Assembly (NCBI GenBank): GCA_013151875.1
Contig: JAADHL010000360.1
Location: forward strand, 1 to 36,054
Direction: 5' to 3'
DNA length: 36,054 bases
Origin: Deltaproteobacteria bacterium
GTDB taxonomy: Bacteria > Myxococcota_A > UBA9042 > DTJE01
Of this stretch, positions 32,923 to 36,054 are shown one piece after another. The position numbers were made by a program, and so were the translations under genes. The notes beneath the pieces were generated by a model that saw nothing but the letters and a program-made list of their open reading frames with translations, made no database searches and was not told the DNA's origin. Positions within the stretch are counted from its first letter, which is position 1; each line of letters opens with the position of its first letter.

Positions 32923-34890
32923 TCAATCCACGGGCAGAATCTCTTCCAGATATGCCCTGTTCCAGGGCGCGAACACCCTTGCCTTGCCCCCCGGGAGCTG
33001 CGCCCTCTCCTCAAAGGGCCTGAAGGCGCCCGCGTCCATGATGTACCCTGGGTTGTCACCCACGTTGTGGAAATGTCCCTCCAGCGCGGCAAGGCCCAGG
33101 GAATGCCCTACCTCATGAGACACCGTGTCACCTATAAGATTGCCCAGCACCCGGACGGCCTCCGAGATGGCCGGGTCACGCCCGCCGCCGGGATACTCGC
33201 CTTCCCCGACCGGTGTTCCGCCCAATTCGGGAATCACAGAAGCGAACACACTGTCGAACGCGGGTGCGGTCATGCTTTCGTCCAGGCTGGAAAGCGTCGG
33301 GGAAAAATTGAGAAATGATTCCAGGAAGACTCCGCCGTAGGGGAAATAGCCCGCCTCGGCGCTTACGGCGTTGTATCCACCCAGCAGTTCATTCAGGCGC
33401 AGGTTTCCGACATCCTTGCCGAAAGTGTTGTCCAGGCCCAGAAGGCCGGCGTCGTTGGGATCGCGGTTCATCACTTCCGCCGTGGTGTATTCCACCCAAT
33501 CCGCAGGAGGGGGGTCCAGCCGGAAATCCACTGATATGCCCTGGTAATCGCCGATGCAGACCTCCAAGGCGCGCTCCTTCACCAGTTGCGACACGGCCTG
33601 CAATCCGAAAGACCTGATGCCGTCCTCGAAAGTGGGCATGAACCGCAGATAAACCACCTGGATCTGGCGTCCCACTTCCAGGACCGCGTCAAGGCCCTGG
33701 CCCTTCAGAATCTCGTCTTTGAACACGACATGCGGGGTGAATGTCCCTTCAAGCACGGCCGGACCCGACCCGAATCCGGCGGGCATGCCATCAGGGCCGA
33801 CGAGGGTCCTTACCACCAGGCTTGCCAGATAATTGCCTTCCACCCTGTCCGGCACCAGCACCAGGGGATTCGCCCCGGAATGAACAATCGAGGCATCGGG
33901 ACCGGTCTGGGTGCCGATAAACGTCAGAAAGGTCACCGTTCCCAAGTCGCCGTCCAGGGCCAGGAAACCATTGCCATCGAAAACCAGTTGCTGACCGCGG
34001 TGTATCGTCGTGGGCCGGATCGAATTCAGTCGGGTCCGCGCTATCTCGATCCGTAGGCCGGACAGGTCGTTTCCGGCGACATCAAGGGACCGGCCGGCAT
34101 CGCCCTGAAAGAGGTTTTCTATTCTCGCGCTCCCCTCGAACGCACCCGGTCCAAGGCCCAGAAGGTCGGGAGTCAGTATGAACGTCGCGAGCGTCCTGTC
34201 GATCACCTTGAGGGGAATGGCAATCACCTTCTTTTCAATGGCGCCGTCGCCCCCCTTTGCGTGAAACGTCCCGTCCAGTTCGAGGATCGTGGAACCGGGC
34301 ATGGCCGCGCCGTCACCCTCACCGGCGGCCGACTCGCCGGCAAAAATGAATCCGCTGCCGTGCACCTCCATCTCCTGGCCGATGAAGGCGTTCAAAGGAG
34401 TAACGGCGGACATGTTCGGGGTCAATGAGGACACCACCTCGATTTCCAGGTCCAGGACCGCGCTGTCAGTCAAGTCCCCGCCGACGGCCCGCCGCACCGT
34501 CACATTCGCCTGAAAACTCCCAGCATCCAGCGGCAGCAGGGCAATCAGCCCCTGACCGACCGAAAAGGTCGCCTGGTCCGGCCCAACATAGTCCAGATAC
34601 ACAGCGACCGCCACCTGCTGCGCGCCGTCGGCGCCCGTGATGGTCATCGACATCTCCCCCACTTCAGGGGGCACGAAGCCAGTTCCGGACACCGTGACCT
34701 TTGTCCCATCGAGCCACACCGACGGTGTAATCGAGACCACGGAGACGTCGTCCAGCGCGTAGGCGCCCACGCCGTCCTGTTCCGGCCCGCAGGAAATCAA
34801 TACACAGGCAACAACGCAGGCCGCAATCCACCGGCGATGTACGATTGGCGTCCCACGATCGAACCAGCCATCGAACTTGCGCCCCATCAC
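32923..34890 (-). CDS. Lipoprotein with three IPT/TIG-like domains and a C-terminal zinc-metalloprotease (HExxH) domain
   Basis: Lipobox VLISCG. TIG-like segments are ITPSVWLDGTKVTVSGTGF, VTPLNAFIGQEMEVHGSGF and IRPTTIHRGQQLVFDGNGF. The catalytic motif is DTVSHEVGHSLGL...EGH. Start is GTG 34890 or ATG 34887, overlapping the dNK stop. Confidence 0.65.
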   Translation of the reverse strand: MMGRKFDGWFDRGTPIVHRRWIAACVVACVLISCGPEQDGVGAYALDDVSVVSITPSVWLDGTKVTVSGTGFVPPEVGEMSMTITGADGAQQVAVAVYLDYVGPDQATFSVGQGLIALLPLDAGSFQANVTVRRAVGGDLTDSAVLDLEIEVVSSLTPNMSAVTPLNAFIGQEMEVHGSGFIFAGESAAGEGDGAAMPGSTILELDGTFHAKGGDGAIEKKVIAIPLKVIDRTLATFILTPDLLGLGPGAFEGSARIENLFQGDAGRSLDVAGNDLSGLRIEIARTRLNSIRPTTIHRGQQLVFDGNGFLALDGDLGTVTFLTFIGTQTGPDASIVHSGANPLVLVPDRVEGNYLASLVVRTLVGPDGMPAGFGSGPAVLEGTFTPHVVFKDEILKGQGLDAVLEVGRQIQVVYLRFMPTFEDGIRSFGLQAVSQLVKERALEVCIGDYQGISVDFRLDPPPADWVEYTTAEVMNRDPNDAGLLGLDNTFGKDVGNLRLNELLGGYNAVSAEAGYFPYGGVFLESFLNFSPTLSSLDESMTAPAFDSVFASVIPELGGTPVGEGEYPGGGRDPAISEAVRVLGNLIGDTVSHEVGHSLGLAALEGHFHNVGDNPGYIMDAGAFRPFEERAQLPGGKARVFAPWNRAYLEEILPVD

Positions 34891-35531
34891 GGCTTCCCCC
34901 CAGCGCCGCGGATGTGCCTTTCAATGGTTTCAATCACGTCCACCTGGTCAACCAGGTCCGAAACGTAGTCGATGCGATCGGTCCTCAGCACCAGCGTAGG
35001 AGACCTCTTGTAACCAGCAAACCATTTTTCGTACAGACGGTTCAGCCTGCGCAGGTATGCCTCGGGCACATCCCTTTCCTCGGGACGGCCCCTCGCGGCG
35101 ATCCTTTTCTTGATGGACCCCAGCGAACAGCGCAGGTAGATCATCAGATCGGGTGGTTTCAACAATTCAACCAGGGTCTGGTACAGCGACCAGTAGGTCC
35201 CGAATTCCCTCTTGTCCATGATGCCCATCCGGGACAGCGTGATCGCGAATATTTCGGCATCTTCGTAAATCGTCCGGTCCAGAATCACGGGATCGGGTGA
35301 CTGGGTCATCTCCTGGTGCAGGTGAAATTTCCGGATCAGGAAAAACACCTGGGAATGAAAGGCCCACCTGGGCATGTCGGCATAGAAGTCGGACAGATAA
35401 GGATTCTCTTCGTTTGGCTCGAACAGCGGCTTTATGGGAAAGTGCCTGGTGAGAAACCGGACCAGAGTGGACTTGCCTGTCCCGATGTTACCCGAAACAG
35501 CAATACATTTGGCCGGGCCGATAGTCGTCAC
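34887..35531 (-). CDS. Deoxynucleoside kinase (dAK/dGK/dCK family)
   Basis: P-loop IAVSGNIGTGKSTL, plus FEPNEENPYLSDFY, WAFHSQVFFL and LDRTIYEDAEIFA. Start preferred at GTG 35531 (GGAGA 6 nt upstream). ATG 35600 is possible but would leave only about 30 nt for the divergent promoters. Confidence 0.8.
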   Translation of the reverse strand: MTTIGPAKCIAVSGNIGTGKSTLVRFLTRHFPIKPLFEPNEENPYLSDFYADMPRWAFHSQVFFLIRKFHLHQEMTQSPDPVILDRTIYEDAEIFAITLSRMGIMDKREFGTYWSLYQTLVELLKPPDLMIYLRCSLGSIKKRIAARGRPEERDVPEAYLRRLNRLYEKWFAGYKRSPTLVLRTDRIDYVSDLVDQVDVIETIERHIRGAGGKP

Positions 35532-35570
35532 TGGCGTCTCCGAACTCGATACTGAAAATATTTTACACCA

Positions 35571-35600
35571 TTGACTGAGGTGGGGCGCCACGGCTATCAT
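35571..35600 (+). promoter_or_regulatory. Sigma70-like promoter for the SCP2 / CoA-transferase genes
   Basis: TTGACT (35571-35576), 18-nt spacer, TATCAT (35595-35600), about 30 nt upstream of GTG 35631. Confidence 0.4.
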
Positions 35601-35630
35601 CGGATTCCCCTTTTTTCAGGAGTAATCCAA

Positions 35631-35969
35631 GTGGCTGACAAGAAACCCGAACAGATTTTCATGGATGATCTGGCCAAGCGCATCAGCGGCAATCCGGATC
35701 GCGCCAAACAGATCGGCGGCATCTTCGAGTTCGTGCTCGATGGTGACGACGGCGGCACCTGGAGCCTGGACCTGGGCACCCCGGAGGTGAAGGCCGGTCC
35801 CAACGAGGCCATGAACGTCCGGATCCGGATGAAGGACTGCGACTTCCTGGACATCTATACCGGCAATCTGAACCCAATGGCGGCCTTCACCCAGGGTAAA
35901 CTCAAGGTCGAGGGCAACATAGCCATGGCCCTGAAGCTCCAGGACGTCCTCTCCGGAAAAGGCTGGTAG
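35631..35969 (+). CDS. SCP2 sterol/lipid-carrier domain protein
   Basis: ...GGIFEFVLDGDDGGTWSLDL...DCDFLDIYTGNLNPMAAFTQGKLKVEGNIAMALKLQDVL is the SCP2 pattern. GTG 35631 has AGGAG 7 nt upstream. Confidence 0.75.
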   Translation: MADKKPEQIFMDDLAKRISGNPDRAKQIGGIFEFVLDGDDGGTWSLDLGTPEVKAGPNEAMNVRIRMKDCDFLDIYTGNLNPMAAFTQGKLKVEGNIAMALKLQDVLSGKGW

Positions 35970-35975
35970 ATCACC

Positions 35976-36054
35976 GTGGCCCCAGGCAAGCCGCTTGAGG
36001 GCGTTCGCGTGGTGGACCTGACCAACTACCTGCCTGGGCCACTCGCGACCCTGC
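35976..36054 (+). CDS. Family III CoA-transferase (CaiB/BaiF/AMACR-like), N-terminal 26 codons; 3' end lies outside the window
   Basis: VAPGKPLEGVRVVDLTNYLPGPLATL matches the conserved LxGxRVxDLTxxxAGPxAT N-terminus. GTG 35976 lies 6 nt after the SCP2 stop. Confidence 0.6.
   Translation, partial: MAPGKPLEGVRVVDLTNYLPGPLATL

Noticed and set aside
35967-35978. Stop-codon read-through fusing SCP2 to the CoA-transferase (same frame, 6-nt spacer)
   Set aside because: The same frame occurs by chance in 1 of 3 cases, and a normal GTG start is available. I see no read-through context or structure.
1-36054. CRISPR arrays, IS elements, integrases, prophage blocks, rRNA
   Set aside because: I noticed no regularly spaced direct repeats, no transposase, recombinase or reverse-transcriptase-like translations in any frame, and no rRNA-like segments. 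The only repeats I noticed are the short ones listed.

Overview
High-GC, gene-dense bacterial chromosomal segment. All calls come from reading the supplied six-frame translations and the DNA by eye; no homology search was run. I support about 36 coding regions, one tRNA-Val(GAC) and a few sigma70-like promoter candidates. I found no rRNA, CRISPR array, transposase or integrase.

Most of the window is housekeeping:
- GDP-mannose genes (manC-like 3' end, PMM/PGM) and ychF.
- tRNA-Val, then infC-rpmI-rplT-ihfA-merR.
- rpsU, an AI-2E transporter, ribF, nnr, a UbiA-family prenyl/phosphoribosyl transferase, a fused formimidoyltransferase-cyclodeaminase, a deoxynucleoside kinase, SCP2 and the 5' end of a family III CoA-transferase.

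Between these sit envelope or secreted-protein modules:
- A PEGA-domain anchor plus two paralogous Kelch-type beta-propeller lipoproteins.
- An AMIN / HEAT / HAMP trio.
- An IPT/TIG zinc-protease lipoprotein with a DUF192 protein.
- Two orphan lipoproteins.

The PEGA, Kelch, AMIN and ihfA-merR combination suggests a Myxococcota or deltaproteobacteria-like organism. That is inference only.

The most unusual locus is a tightly coupled minus-strand module at about 20.5-24.4 kb. It encodes a 266-aa gp5/gpV-type OB-fold spike with no gp27 hub domain, a DUF2169 (VgrG-adaptor family) protein, an M64 metallopeptidase with a Sec-type signal peptide, and a small basic, AT-richer ORF. No sheath, tube, baseplate or PAAR gene lies anywhere in the 36 kb.

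A second notable locus at about 24.4-31.0 kb combines a double-FAD-domain AGPS/GlcD-GlcE-like oxidoreductase, a GlcF-like Fe-S protein, a DAG-kinase-family lipid kinase and, divergently, a PlsC-acyltransferase::alpha/beta-hydrolase fusion. ribF appears frameshifted.
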